Positions 46,975 through 56,296 of a stretch of 64,000 nt of DNA are shown here, in pieces. The notes beneath the pieces are model-generated. The model was not told the DNA's origin. It searched no databases and was given only the letters and a program-made list of their open reading frames with translations. Location of the stretch: NCBI GenBank assembly GCA_040879765.1, contig JBBDJQ010000001.1:204263-268262 (forward strand). The letters run 5' to 3'. Positions within the stretch are counted from its first letter, which is position 1; each line of letters begins with the position of its first letter. The position numbers and the translations under genes were made by a program. The stretch is from Candidatus Pacearchaeota archaeon. GTDB taxonomy: Archaea; Nanobdellota; Nanobdellia; Pacearchaeales; GW2011-AR1.

Positions 46975-47634
46975 ATGGAATATTGTTTTATTTGTGCTGA
47001 ACCTGAAACAAAGGCTTTGTTGTTCGACGTTGTTGCTATGAATGGAGTTAGGAAAATTTGTGGGAAATGTTCTTCTAAAGAAGGTTTGCCTTTGGTCCGG
47101 GATGAATCTGAAAATTTTGAAATTCCTTCAACAAGAGAAAGGCTAATAGACATTCATAAGAAAGAAAATTCTTGGGAAAGAAAAACTTTTGAAAAACCAT
47201 TTGAAGGAGAAAATAAAAATAGAAATGAAGTAGCGATAAATCCAAACACTGATTTAAACGATGAATTAATAGACAACTTTCATTGGATTGTTATGAGGGG
47301 TAGAAGAACAAAACATTTGACCCATGAGCAGCTTGCAGAAGTTTTGGGCGTTCAACCAGAAGTGATAAAAAACATTGAAAAAGGACGATTTCCTCCAAGG
47401 AGAGATTTATTGAGAAAGATGCAATCATATCTTGGGATTTTGATTATGAAAAAACCAGGGTTTGTAAGAAACAAGGAAGTTAGAAGAGATTTTCATAAGG
47501 GCAAGGAATTTGATTTAGATCCTGAAAAAGTTGAGAATCTCACGATTGCAGATTTGCAAGAAATGAAACTAAGAAAAAAAATGCAAGATGAATTGGATAA
47601 AAATTTTGAACAAGACAGAAAAGAACCATATTGA
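46975..47634 (+). CDS. Zinc-ribbon plus HTH protein (aMBF1-like)
   Basis: CFIC...ICGKC; LTHEQLAEVLG...IKNIEKG. Confidence 0.75.
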   Translation: MEYCFICAEPETKALLFDVVAMNGVRKICGKCSSKEGLPLVRDESENFEIPSTRERLIDIHKKENSWERKTFEKPFEGENKNRNEVAINPNTDLNDELIDNFHWIVMRGRRTKHLTHEQLAEVLGVQPEVIKNIEKGRFPPRRDLLRKMQSYLGILIMKKPGFVRNKEVRRDFHKGKEFDLDPEKVENLTIADLQEMKLRKKMQDELDKNFEQDRKEPY

Positions 47635-48061
47635 GAAAAAACTTAGTGAGCAGTATGGATCTGATTCTATTGAAGGAGAGTTAGCTATAAGGGGAAAGGA
47701 TAAAATTTTTTTATTTTCTGGAGGTTTTAATTCTGATGATTTGAAAAGATTAGCAAAGGCAATATTTATTGAGAGAATTGGAGTTTATTTTGCGAAAGAA
47801 GATGAAAGAATGGGTGGGATAAGATTGAGTATAGAAGGTTCGCAAATCCTTAAAAATAAATTGAAAAAAAATGTTTTTGAATTAAACCATGAACAAACTG
47901 AAGAATGGATGCAAGGAAAAGAATTGAGAATAAAAACTGGAAAGAAGGGTTTTTTGATTATGAAGAGTGGAGATAATTTTTTGGGAACTGGAAAAGCTTC
48001 TGAGGAAAAAATTGGGAATTTTATCCCAAAGAATAGACGGTTAAAAGAAAGCTTAGCTTAG
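47588..48061 (+). CDS. NIP7-like pre-PUA/PUA protein
   Basis: ERIGVYFA, RLSIEG, EWMQGKEL, DNFLGTG, NFIPKNRR. Confidence 0.65.
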   Translation: MNWIKILNKTEKNHIEKKLSEQYGSDSIEGELAIRGKDKIFLFSGGFNSDDLKRLAKAIFIERIGVYFAKEDERMGGIRLSIEGSQILKNKLKKNVFELNHEQTEEWMQGKELRIKTGKKGFLIMKSGDNFLGTGKASEEKIGNFIPKNRRLKESLA

Positions 48062-48131
48062 ATATTACGCATAGGCATTGCAAAAAATCAAATATTGATA
48101 ATTTTATAAAACGAATTCTTTTTATGATTTG

Positions 48132-49016
48132 ATGGATAGAGAAAAAGTTATTAGGGCAGGAAAGATTGCTTCCGAGGTTAGAGAATATGCTCGAGGATTC
48201 ATAATAAAGGGAATGCCTTTGATTGAAATTGCCAATAAGATTGAAGAAAAAATGGCTTCTTATGGCGAAGAGGTTAAACCAAGCTTTCCAACTTGTTTGA
48301 GTGTAAATCACTTGGCGGCTCATGGAACTCCAAGCTATGATGATGAAAGAATTGCTGAAGGACTTTTGAAGGTTGATATGGGGGTTCACTTAGATGGGTG
48401 GATTTCTGATACGGCATTTTCAATTGACTTGGAAAATTCAGAAGAAAATAAAAAAATAATTCAAGCTTCTGAAAAAGCTTTGGAATGTGCAATTAGTACG
48501 ATAAAAAAAGGAGTTGAAGTAGGAAATATTGGAAAAGCAGTGCAGGGAGCAATTGAGTCTTTGGGTTTTAATCCTATTGTTAATCTTTGTGGACATCAAA
48601 TAAAACATTATGAATTACATTCTGATATCTCAATACCTAATTTTGATAATAAAAATTCAACAGAAATTCCTGAAGGTTTGTTTGCAATAGAGCCCTTTGC
48701 AACTCCTGGATTAGGAAAGGTTAAAGATGGGCAGGATTCAGGGATTTATATTTTAATTGATGGAAAAACTCCGAGAAGCGATTTAGCAAGAGAAGTTTTA
48801 GCATTTATAGCAGAAGAATATCAAACCTTGCCTTTTTGCTCTAGGTGGATTGTTAAGAAATTTGGCTCAAAAGCTTTGTTAGCTTTGAGGCAATTGGTTG
48901 AGAATGGAAATCTTCATAGTTACCCTGAATTAATGGAGGCTTCAGGAGAGAATGTTGCTCAAACTGAACACACAATTCTTGTTGAGAGAGATAAGATAAC
49001 TGTGACAACTAAATAA
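48132..49016 (+). CDS. map: Methionine aminopeptidase type II
   Basis: AAHGTP, KVDMGVHLDGWISDTA, NLCGHQI, AIEPF, AQTEHT. Confidence 0.96.
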   Translation: MDREKVIRAGKIASEVREYARGFIIKGMPLIEIANKIEEKMASYGEEVKPSFPTCLSVNHLAAHGTPSYDDERIAEGLLKVDMGVHLDGWISDTAFSIDLENSEENKKIIQASEKALECAISTIKKGVEVGNIGKAVQGAIESLGFNPIVNLCGHQIKHYELHSDISIPNFDNKNSTEIPEGLFAIEPFATPGLGKVKDGQDSGIYILIDGKTPRSDLAREVLAFIAEEYQTLPFCSRWIVKKFGSKALLALRQLVENGNLHSYPELMEASGENVAQTEHTILVERDKITVTTK

Positions 49017-49350
49017 ATAATGGTTGCTCATAAAAAGTTTCGATTTCTTCTTGCATAATCCCTGATAATTCTTCACCTAGTCCGTCACGATTAATTTCTA
49101 TTAGGTGCAGATATGATCTAATTTTATTTCCTCTAATTTCAAATAAATAAATTGCCTCACCCTTTTTTTCTTTTGGTCTAAAGTAAAACATTCTCGATTT
49201 TAGGGGAGATTGTAATTGGGGCATTTGTTCAAAAAAAGTAGTTGTTGATAGGCAATGGTAATCATTTCCAATTTTGAAATCCCTATAATTTTTTGGTTGA
49301 ATTATTTCTGTCCCTTGTTCATCAATGATTGATTTTAAATCTTTGTCCAT
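49009..49350 (-). CDS. Hypothetical protein
   Basis: Last gene of a co-oriented accessory run. Confidence 0.6.
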   Translation of the reverse strand: MDKDLKSIIDEQGTEIIQPKNYRDFKIGNDYHCLSTTTFFEQMPQLQSPLKSRMFYFRPKEKKGEAIYLFEIRGNKIRSYLHLIEINRDGLGEELSGIMQEEIETFYEQPLFI

Positions 49351-49382
49351 ATTTGTTAATTTTCAATGTAAGTTGTTTGTAT

Positions 49383-49718
49383 TTAAAAAATGTTTTGTGG
49401 ATTTGGTTCAACATATGGAAGATTTTCTCCATTTTCACAGGAGATTGCAGTGTAGTGTTTTATCCATTTGGACTCCAGCCCACTTCTAACATCCTTCATT
49501 GTTTCTAGAGCTTTTTCATCTAAATTTTTTAATTTAAAAGACATTTTAATTTCTGGATTAAAATGTTTAATGGCTTGCATTCTTTTATGGATCCTTGATT
49601 GTGAAAGCTTTTCTATTTCTGCATAATCAAATGCTTGAATGACTCTGTTTTGTAAAACCAAATCAATAATTTCATCATCAAAACCTTTTTCAATATAGAA
49701 CATAACCTCTGCTTTCAT
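49383..49718 (-). CDS. Hypothetical protein
   Basis: 1 nt after the previous stop in the run. Confidence 0.65.
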   Translation of the reverse strand: MKAEVMFYIEKGFDDEIIDLVLQNRVIQAFDYAEIEKLSQSRIHKRMQAIKHFNPEIKMSFKLKNLDEKALETMKDVRSGLESKWIKHYTAISCENGENLPYVEPNPQNIF

Positions 49719-49719
49719 T

Positions 49720-49974
49720 TTAGTTTTTCAAAAATCCATATAATTCTTGGAAGTGGGTTGGACAAATTCCATGAGAGATTTTTTTTGAATATGTGCTTAT
49801 GAGCAAGTCGTACATTTCCTTATCTTCCCCCTTGTTAAACCAATAATCCCCATTTTCTGTTGGAACCTTTATGCCTCCGATTTCTTCACTAGGTTTACAG
49901 ACTGAAATAATCGAGTTTTCTTCTTCTGCTCTTTCAAGCATTTTTTCTAAAGTGTTTTTAATTTCAGGTTCCAT
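49720..49974 (-). CDS. Small protein with SHGICP motif
   Basis: ISVC...GDYW...ISHGICPTHFQELY. Confidence 0.7.
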   Translation of the reverse strand: MEPEIKNTLEKMLERAEEENSIISVCKPSEEIGGIKVPTENGDYWFNKGEDKEMYDLLISTYSKKISHGICPTHFQELYGFLKN

Positions 49975-49981
49975 TCTATTT

Positions 49982-50356
49982 TTATCCTTCCAAATATTTT
50001 TTTATTCTTCTTCCAGCTGTAGGGTCTGGTCTTGTAAAATAATCTTTTGCTCCTAATTCTAATGCTCTTTCTCCAATTTCATCATTACCAGAATAGAACA
50101 TGAAAAAATCTATTTCATCTAGTTGTTTGGCATAATTTTTTAAGACTTCATATTCACTTATCTTAGGCAAATCTCTATCTAAAATTACTGCCCTAATATT
50201 CTTTGAATTTTCTAATCTATTACTCAATTTTTCTCCATTTTCGAACATTTCAAATTCATACCCTTCTTTTAGAGTTCTAGCTAATAAAACCTTATCTAAG
50301 CTTCTGTTCATGAGGTCGGAACTTGCTATTAATATAGAATTTCTTTTGGATGTCAT
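49982..50356 (-). CDS. Stand-alone, degenerate response-regulator receiver domain
   Basis: ILIASSD, GYEF, AVILDRDLP, RALELGAKDYFTRP; SD AGGAGGT. Confidence 0.8.
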   Translation of the reverse strand: MTSKRNSILIASSDLMNRSLDKVLLARTLKEGYEFEMFENGEKLSNRLENSKNIRAVILDRDLPKISEYEVLKNYAKQLDEIDFFMFYSGNDEIGERALELGAKDYFTRPDPTAGRRIKKYLEG

Positions 50357-50532
50357 TTTATACCTCCTTCCGTAACAACAACTACCTGATCATCGCTACT
50401 ATATAGATTATGAATTTTTCTTTCATATGGCTCTATAATTCCTGAAGAGAGGGTTGAAACTATGTTTCTGTTTGGCAATTTAGTTTGATTAACTGACTTC
50501 TCCATTTCACTTTCAGAGTATTCTCTTTCCAT
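50353..50532 (-). CDS. Small hypothetical protein (59 aa, absent from the ORF track)
   Basis: MEREYSESEM...VVVTEGGIK; ATGA overlap with the receiver gene; TATA-like TTTTTAAA upstream. Confidence 0.5.
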   Translation of the reverse strand: MEREYSESEMEKSVNQTKLPNRNIVSTLSSGIIEPYERKIHNLYSSDDQVVVVTEGGIK

Positions 50533-50596
50533 AAAATTTCAAGTTGATTTTCTTTTAAAAATCTTTCTATTTGTTATTACTAAAGAGTTATAAGAA

Positions 50597-52897
50597 TTAG
50601 CCCAGATAACTATTTCCCTGTGTTGGGATTGCTGCCTTTGAAGATTTAAGGAAATTCTCTTCCATCTTTTTATAAACTTCTATGGTTGGCTTACTTACAC
50701 TTGGTCTCACTTTGTTGAGTGCTTCTTCGAAATGTTTCTTCTTAACTTCCTTAGCATCTATAGATTCTCTTAATGAAAGCATTCCTGCTTCTCTTGTCAA
50801 AGATTCTAAATCAGCGCCTGTGTAGCCTGCAGTTTTTTTAGCTAAATCTTTTATTTTGACATCTTTTGCCAAAGGCATATTTCTTGTGTGGATGTTTAGA
50901 ATTGATTCTCTTCCTGGTTCCTCTGGTGAGCTCACTAAAAGAATTTTATCAAATCTTCCAGGTCTTAATAATGCTGGATCTAACATGTCTGGACGATTTG
51001 TTGCCCCTACAATTAAAATATCTTTCAAATCTTCTAAGCCATCCATTTCAGCCAACAATTGATTTAGAACTCTTTCAGTTACCTTTGATCCTCCCGAATC
51101 TCCCAACCCTCTCCTTCCTGCTAGGGAATCAATCTCATCAAAGAAAACAACACATGGGGCTACTTGTCTGGCTCTTTCGAAAATTTTTCTAACTCCTTCT
51201 TCAGATTTTCCAACCCACATACTCAATAAGCTTGGACCTTTAACCTGTATAAAATTTGCTCCTGATTCTTTTGCAACAGCCTTTGCCAAAAGAGTTTTTC
51301 CTGTTCCTGGAGGTCCGTAAAGTAAAATTCCTCTTGAAGGTCTTATCCCAATTCTCTTAAAGCTTTCAGCATATTTCATTGGCCATTCAACTGCTTCTTT
51401 TAATTCTTGTTTTACTTCTCCTAATCCTCCAACTTGTTCCCAAGTTATATTTGGGATTTCAACTAAAACTTCTCTCATAGCTGAAGGCCTTACAGTTCTC
51501 AGAGCATTCATGAAATCATCATGTTTAACAATTAATTTTTCTAAAATGTTTTGGGGAATTTTTTCTGCACCATCAAGTTTCATCTTGGGCAAGTATTTTC
51601 TTAGGACAGACATTGCTGCTTCTTTTGATAGTGATTCTAAATCCGCACCAACAAATCCATGAGTTGTTGCGGCAAGCTCATCAAGATTGACATCTTTATC
51701 TAGAGGCATACCTCTTGTGTGGATTTTTAGAATTGATAATCTGCCTTCTTTATCTGGAACATTTATTGCAATTTCTCTATCAAATCTTCCCGGCCTTCTT
51801 AATGCAGGGTCAAGAGCATTCACTCTATTAGTCGCTCCTATAACTATTACCTTTCCTCTTGATTTCAATCCATCCATCATTGTAAGAATTTGACTTACCA
51901 CCCGTCTTTCAACCTCTCCCATGGTCTCTTCCCTCTTTGAAGCAATTGCATCTATTTCATCTATGAAAATAATGGTTGGTGCAGTTTTTTCTGCCTCTTC
52001 GAAAATATCTCTAATCTTTTTTTCAGATTCTCCATAGAATTTGGACATTATCTCTGGGCCATTAAGTAATATAAAATTTGCATCCGATTCATTTGCAACA
52101 GCCTTTGCCAAAAGAGTTTTTCCTGTTCCTGGAGTTCCATGCAATAAAACTCCCTTAGGAGCTTCTATTCCTAACTTGTCAAATATTTCTGGATGTTTCA
52201 TTGGTAGCTCAACCATCTCCCTTATTTTCTTTATCTCCTCAGTTAAACCTCCAATGTCTTCATAATTTATTTCTGGAATTTTCTCATCTGTTAATTCAAC
52301 TGCTTTTGGATTTAGAATCACTTCTGTGTTTTCAGTTATGATTACAGGTTGGTTTGGATTTGAATTTACAACCATGAATTTTATTTGGGTGATATTTCCC
52401 CCAAGGTTTCCGAATCCCATTTCATTAAAGAAATCCCCAAAAATATCATTTAATCCTCCTAACTCATCAGACATCAAATCTTTTCTTCTTTGAACTCCTC
52501 CAAGGACAACTATGTCCCCTTTTAAGATGCTTCTTCCAAGTAAGCCCCTTTTTAAAGATTCAGGATCTCCTTGAACCATAACTCCTTTTTGGGCCGGGGC
52601 AATCATGACCTTTTTAGCCTCTTTAACATCAACTTTAGAAATTGAAATTATGTCTCCGATGCCTGCCTTTGCATTTCTTCTTATTATGCCATCTATTCTT
52701 ATGATTCCCTCTCCAACGTCTGCAGGATAGGCTCTGTCGGCTATTGCGACAGTTTCTCGATTACCTTTTACCATTATTACATCTCCTCTCCTAATCTCCA
52801 AATCTCTCATTGCTTCAGAATCAATTCTTGCAATCCCTTTATACGCATCATCTTGTAATGCTTCTGCAATTTTTAGCTGAACTGCTTTCTTAACCAT
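50597..52897 (-). CDS. cdc48: CDC48/VCP AAA+ ATPase
   Basis: Two AAA modules ([16 protein letters not shown]), IDEID/FDEID, RRPGRFD. Confidence 0.97.
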   Translation of the reverse strand: MVKKAVQLKIAEALQDDAYKGIARIDSEAMRDLEIRRGDVIMVKGNRETVAIADRAYPADVGEGIIRIDGIIRRNAKAGIGDIISISKVDVKEAKKVMIAPAQKGVMVQGDPESLKRGLLGRSILKGDIVVLGGVQRRKDLMSDELGGLNDIFGDFFNEMGFGNLGGNITQIKFMVVNSNPNQPVIITENTEVILNPKAVELTDEKIPEINYEDIGGLTEEIKKIREMVELPMKHPEIFDKLGIEAPKGVLLHGTPGTGKTLLAKAVANESDANFILLNGPEIMSKFYGESEKKIRDIFEEAEKTAPTIIFIDEIDAIASKREETMGEVERRVVSQILTMMDGLKSRGKVIVIGATNRVNALDPALRRPGRFDREIAINVPDKEGRLSILKIHTRGMPLDKDVNLDELAATTHGFVGADLESLSKEAAMSVLRKYLPKMKLDGAEKIPQNILEKLIVKHDDFMNALRTVRPSAMREVLVEIPNITWEQVGGLGEVKQELKEAVEWPMKYAESFKRIGIRPSRGILLYGPPGTGKTLLAKAVAKESGANFIQVKGPSLLSMWVGKSEEGVRKIFERARQVAPCVVFFDEIDSLAGRRGLGDSGGSKVTERVLNQLLAEMDGLEDLKDILIVGATNRPDMLDPALLRPGRFDKILLVSSPEEPGRESILNIHTRNMPLAKDVKIKDLAKKTAGYTGADLESLTREAGMLSLRESIDAKEVKKKHFEEALNKVRPSVSKPTIEVYKKMEENFLKSSKAAIPTQGNSYLG

Positions 52898-53265
52898 TAT
52901 CTGTGCCTCCTCTTTGGGGTTTCTAGCTCTCCGAAATTTAGGGAAACCCTTCTAAAATCTTCAAAACATAACCTTACCATATCGTCCATCATTTGTTTTT
53001 GAGTATTCATAAAAGAAACAATTTCTTTAGGTATAGAGACGGCGTAGCTATTTCCTACAAGTCTCATTTTAACTGAGAATTCTTTGTTCTTCAAATTTAT
53101 AAATTTATTGTAATTATACTCATCAATTGGATGAATTATCGTTTCTCCACATTTTGCGCAATTCATTGCTCTTATCACAAATCCATTTTTATGGCTTTCC
53201 GACTTTTGCATCTCTTTATTGCAACTTTCACATAAAATTTTATTGTCGAAAATGTCTTTTACCAT
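52897..53265 (-). CDS. Zinc-ribbon plus AbrB/MazE-type DNA-binding protein
   Basis: CESC...CAKC; KMRLVGNSYAVSIPKEI; TAATG overlap with cdc48; ATG at 53265 preferred. Confidence 0.75.
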   Translation of the reverse strand: MVKDIFDNKILCESCNKEMQKSESHKNGFVIRAMNCAKCGETIIHPIDEYNYNKFINLKNKEFSVKMRLVGNSYAVSIPKEIVSFMNTQKQMMDDMVRLCFEDFRRVSLNFGELETPKRRHR

Positions 53266-53323
53266 TTGGTATATACTTGTAATGTATACTTGATGTATAT
53301 CTTTATTTATAAAGGTTATGGTG

Positions 53324-53680
53324 TTAAGACAATTCAAAAACACTTTCAAGATAAACTCTTGCTTTTTTATTTTGATTTTCTTCAAAATTTGGCAAGCCAT
53401 ATTTTGTCAGAATTTTTTCTAAGTATTCAGTTTGATTTTCAGATAATCTTATTGAGAAAGGCCTTTTTAATTCCAAAGCACCTTTTTTAGACACTTTAAA
53501 TTCGTTAAATTTATATGCTTCTATCCTTCCTGAAACTTGATTTCTTATTGCTACCACATTTCTACTGACGATTCTACTTTTGTCTTGGAAAGTTCCAAGG
53601 AAAAACCCGGGCATTTTACCCGACCAATTAGCTAAAAAGTATATTTTTCCGTAAGCAAGTTCTTCTAGTTCTCTACCCAT
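53324..53680 (-). CDS. Hypothetical protein
   Basis: 118 aa ORF with a TATA-like element upstream. Confidence 0.55.
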   Translation of the reverse strand: MGRELEELAYGKIYFLANWSGKMPGFFLGTFQDKSRIVSRNVVAIRNQVSGRIEAYKFNEFKVSKKGALELKRPFSIRLSENQTEYLEKILTKYGLPNFEENQNKKARVYLESVFELS

Positions 53681-53747
53681 ACGAAATAATTAGATATCTT
53701 TTTTAATAATTAATATGTTTTTGAATATATTCCTTTAAATATAATTT

Positions 53748-54071
53748 TTATCTGTATCTTGACATAAATTTAATCCTTTCAAGCTCGGCATCTGGAGAGT
53801 AGTCGTCATTAAATGCTCCACCCAAATCCCTCCAATAATTATTGAGCTCTTCATATGTAACCTCGCATTCTTTAAAGTCTAAATCATCTTCAGTTGGGAA
53901 ATCAGTTCTGATGGATAAATATTTTTCATGAGTTCTTATTCTTGTTTCTGAATCCAAATTCCTTTCATAAGCCTCTCCTATTAGTTTAACAAGAACATCT
54001 TCATCTGTGGATCCATCAGGATGGAATAATGCTTCTTCAGAACTTGGCAAGTTTACTATGGTTTTTGTCAT
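53748..54071 (-). CDS. Hypothetical acidic protein
   Basis: 107 aa D/E-rich ORF. Confidence 0.65.
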   Translation of the reverse strand: MTKTIVNLPSSEEALFHPDGSTDEDVLVKLIGEAYERNLDSETRIRTHEKYLSIRTDFPTEDDLDFKECEVTYEELNNYWRDLGGAFNDDYSPDAELERIKFMSRYR

Positions 54072-54240
54072 TTTATTTTTTTGTTTTGCTTGTTTAAATT
54101 GATTTATGTTCTATAATTTACTAATCTTTTCTATAAGCAAGTCTTCCAAGTTGCCATCCATGGAAGAGTCATATTTTTGTTTTTAAGGATTATTAATTTT
54201 AAACCAATCATCTTAAAAATAGATTTGGCTTTTCTCCTGA

Positions 54241-54963
54241 ATGAGTATAAAAAAAGATGCGAAAAAATCAAATAAGTTGTTTGAAGAAAAATTTAATAAA
54301 GAATTAGGATTGAAAAAACAAATTTACCCAGAAAAGAAACCTTCATTTCAACCAAAAAAAATCTGGGATAAATTTTGGTTTATAATCTGGAAAGACGACT
54401 CTCTAAAAGGCTGGATTCTTTCAATTATTTTTATTTTTATTTTAATCAAGTTTGTTTTTTTCCCTGGTTTGAGTCTTATTACTGGAACTTCTTTACCTTT
54501 GGCAATTGTAGAATCTTGCAGTATGTATCATGAAGGGAATTTGTTTTCTGATTCTGATGCTTGGTATGAAAGACATGAAGAAAAATATGGGGATTTTGAG
54601 ATAAACCAAGAAAACTTTTCTAAATTTCCTTTTCAAGATGGTTTCAACAAAGGAGATATTCTTTTTATCGTTGGAACTAAATCAAGTAATTTGGAAGTTG
54701 GAGATGTGATTGTATTCAGTGCAAATTCTAGAAATCCCGTCATCCATAGAATAATAAATATTGAGGAAGGTGAAGATGGAAGAATTATCTCAACTATTGG
54801 GGATAATAATGGGGTGCAATTGTCTTCTGAGAAAAAAATTTCTGAAGACAAAATTCTTGGAAGGGCTGTTTTAAAGATTGCACCTTATTTTGGCTGGGTT
54901 AAATTGATTTTTTTTGAACCTTTGAGGCATATTTCTGAAAGAGGTTTGTGTTATGAGAACTGA
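54241..54963 (+). CDS. Signal peptidase I (S26, archaeal/ER-type Ser-His)
   Basis: TM followed by VESCSMY, GD.IVF, PVIHRII, GDNN. Confidence 0.85.
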   Translation: MSIKKDAKKSNKLFEEKFNKELGLKKQIYPEKKPSFQPKKIWDKFWFIIWKDDSLKGWILSIIFIFILIKFVFFPGLSLITGTSLPLAIVESCSMYHEGNLFSDSDAWYERHEEKYGDFEINQENFSKFPFQDGFNKGDILFIVGTKSSNLEVGDVIVFSANSRNPVIHRIINIEEGEDGRIISTIGDNNGVQLSSEKKISEDKILGRAVLKIAPYFGWVKLIFFEPLRHISERGLCYEN

Positions 54964-55038
54964 TTTTTGCTATTATGGAATGGCATTTCAATAAAGAAAC
55001 CTTTTTAAAATCAAGTTTTTTAAAACCCAAATAGAAAC

Positions 55039-55353
55039 ATGGAATTCTGTCCTAAGTGTGGTGCGGTTTTGATAAAAAAAACTAAGAATTTTGGATGTCC
55101 AAGATGTAATTATTCTACCAAGGACAAGGTTAAATTAAGTTCTAGTGAGAAGGTCACTGAATCAAAAGAAGTTGCTGTGGTTAAAGGCAAGGAAATTAAT
55201 ACTGAACCAGTCATAGCAGAGAATTGTAAAAAGTGTGGAAATAACCAAGCTTACTTCTGGACTATTCAAACTCGTGCAGGTGATGAGGCAGAAACCAAAT
55301 TCTTTAGATGCACAGATACTAAGTGTGGATATACTTGGAGAGAGTATAGGTAA
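55039..55353 (+). CDS. tfs: Transcription factor S (TFS/RpoM)
   Basis: FCPKCG, CPRC, CKKCG, QTRAGDEAET, C...CGYTWREY. Confidence 0.95.
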   Translation: MEFCPKCGAVLIKKTKNFGCPRCNYSTKDKVKLSSSEKVTESKEVAVVKGKEINTEPVIAENCKKCGNNQAYFWTIQTRAGDEAETKFFRCTDTKCGYTWREYR

Positions 55354-55387
55354 ACTTTAAAACTTCTTTTTTAATTAATATTTAATT

Positions 55388-55540
55388 GGCTCCGTAGCTC
55401 AGCCTGGTTAGAGCACTGGACTTTTATGCCCAACTTTCTTTAAAGAAAGTTCGGCGCTCAAAGAATAAAGCAAATTGCTTTGCTCAAGAGTGAATCGCAA
55501 AGAGATCCAGGTGTCGGGGGTTCAAATCCCCTCGGGGCCA
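55388..55540 (+). tRNA. tRNA-Lys(TTT) with 78-nt intron at 37/38 (55427-55504)
   Basis: GGCTCCG/CGGGGCC acceptor, CTGGA/TCCAG anticodon stem; bulge-helix-bulge with CTTT:AAAG central helix and two 3-nt bulges. Confidence 0.93.
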
Positions 55541-55541
55541 T

Positions 55542-55781
55542 TTATTTTTTCTTAGAAATATTTTTTAGGTTCTTTGCAAGGTTAGCTCTCTTTTCTAAAA
55601 GTTTTGTAACCTTTATTTTCTTTTTACCTAATCTGGAAGGATTTGTTATTGTGTCTCCTGGTTTAGAAGCTATTATTTTATTTAGCAGAGAAATAGGTAT
55701 TTTTTTATCCAAAGAAATTCCAAGTTGCTTATGTAATGTACCTTTTTTCATCCGGATTTTTTGAATCCATTTTATCACCAT
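55542..55781 (-). CDS. Small very basic protein
   Basis: KWIQK..KKGTLHKQLG..KKIP...RANLAKNL; TATA-like element upstream. Confidence 0.7.
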   Translation of the reverse strand: MVIKWIQKIRMKKGTLHKQLGISLDKKIPISLLNKIIASKPGDTITNPSRLGKKKIKVTKLLEKRANLAKNLKNISKKK

Positions 55782-55868
55782 ATTTTAATATATAAAAAAT
55801 AATTAATAAATTTAACGAAAATAATAACAAATAACAAAATCCTTTTCTATGCTTGTCGAGGTCGTGAG

Positions 55869-56135
55869 TTATCTGACTAGTTTTTGAATCTCTTCAATAG
55901 AATCTGCAACTTCTTTACCTTTCTTGGTTAGCTGTATCACTTTTATCCGACCCCTTTTTTCGAAATTTACTAACCCAAGTTCTTCCAACGTTTGCAGAAT
56001 TTTCACTGCGTGGCTGTAAGTGCAGTCTACTTCTTTAGCCAAAATACTTCCATACCTCATTCTAGAATTCCTTTTCAAAGATACCAACATCATTGCCGGC
56101 TTTCTCCTGAAAAAGAGGTCGAAGTTTTCTTTCAT
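55869..56135 (-). CDS. Winged-helix transcriptional regulator
   Basis: SILAKEVDCTYSHAVKILQTLEELGLVNFEKRGR..LTKKG. Confidence 0.88.
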   Translation of the reverse strand: MKENFDLFFRRKPAMMLVSLKRNSRMRYGSILAKEVDCTYSHAVKILQTLEELGLVNFEKRGRIKVIQLTKKGKEVADSIEEIQKLVR

Positions 56136-56296
56136 TTTATTTTATCTATATACTCTAATGAATATATCGAAGTATAATCCTTTTAAAGGTTTTGTCTAGT
56201 AATTTTGGAGTACTGATTGGGGGTTATTTTATGTAATTTTTATTTTTATTTTTGTAAAAGAGTAAAATTCTTAAGGTAAATTGGATTTGTTAAATT

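Noticed and set aside
53266-53490. Listed upstream extension of the AbrB-like ORF and the 74-aa ORF
   Set aside because: They overlap the better-supported 53324-53680 gene and the promoter region.
54110-54180. Small minus-strand ORF (MDGNLEDLLIEKISKL)
   Set aside because: Only 16 codons, with no supporting motif or promoter spacing.
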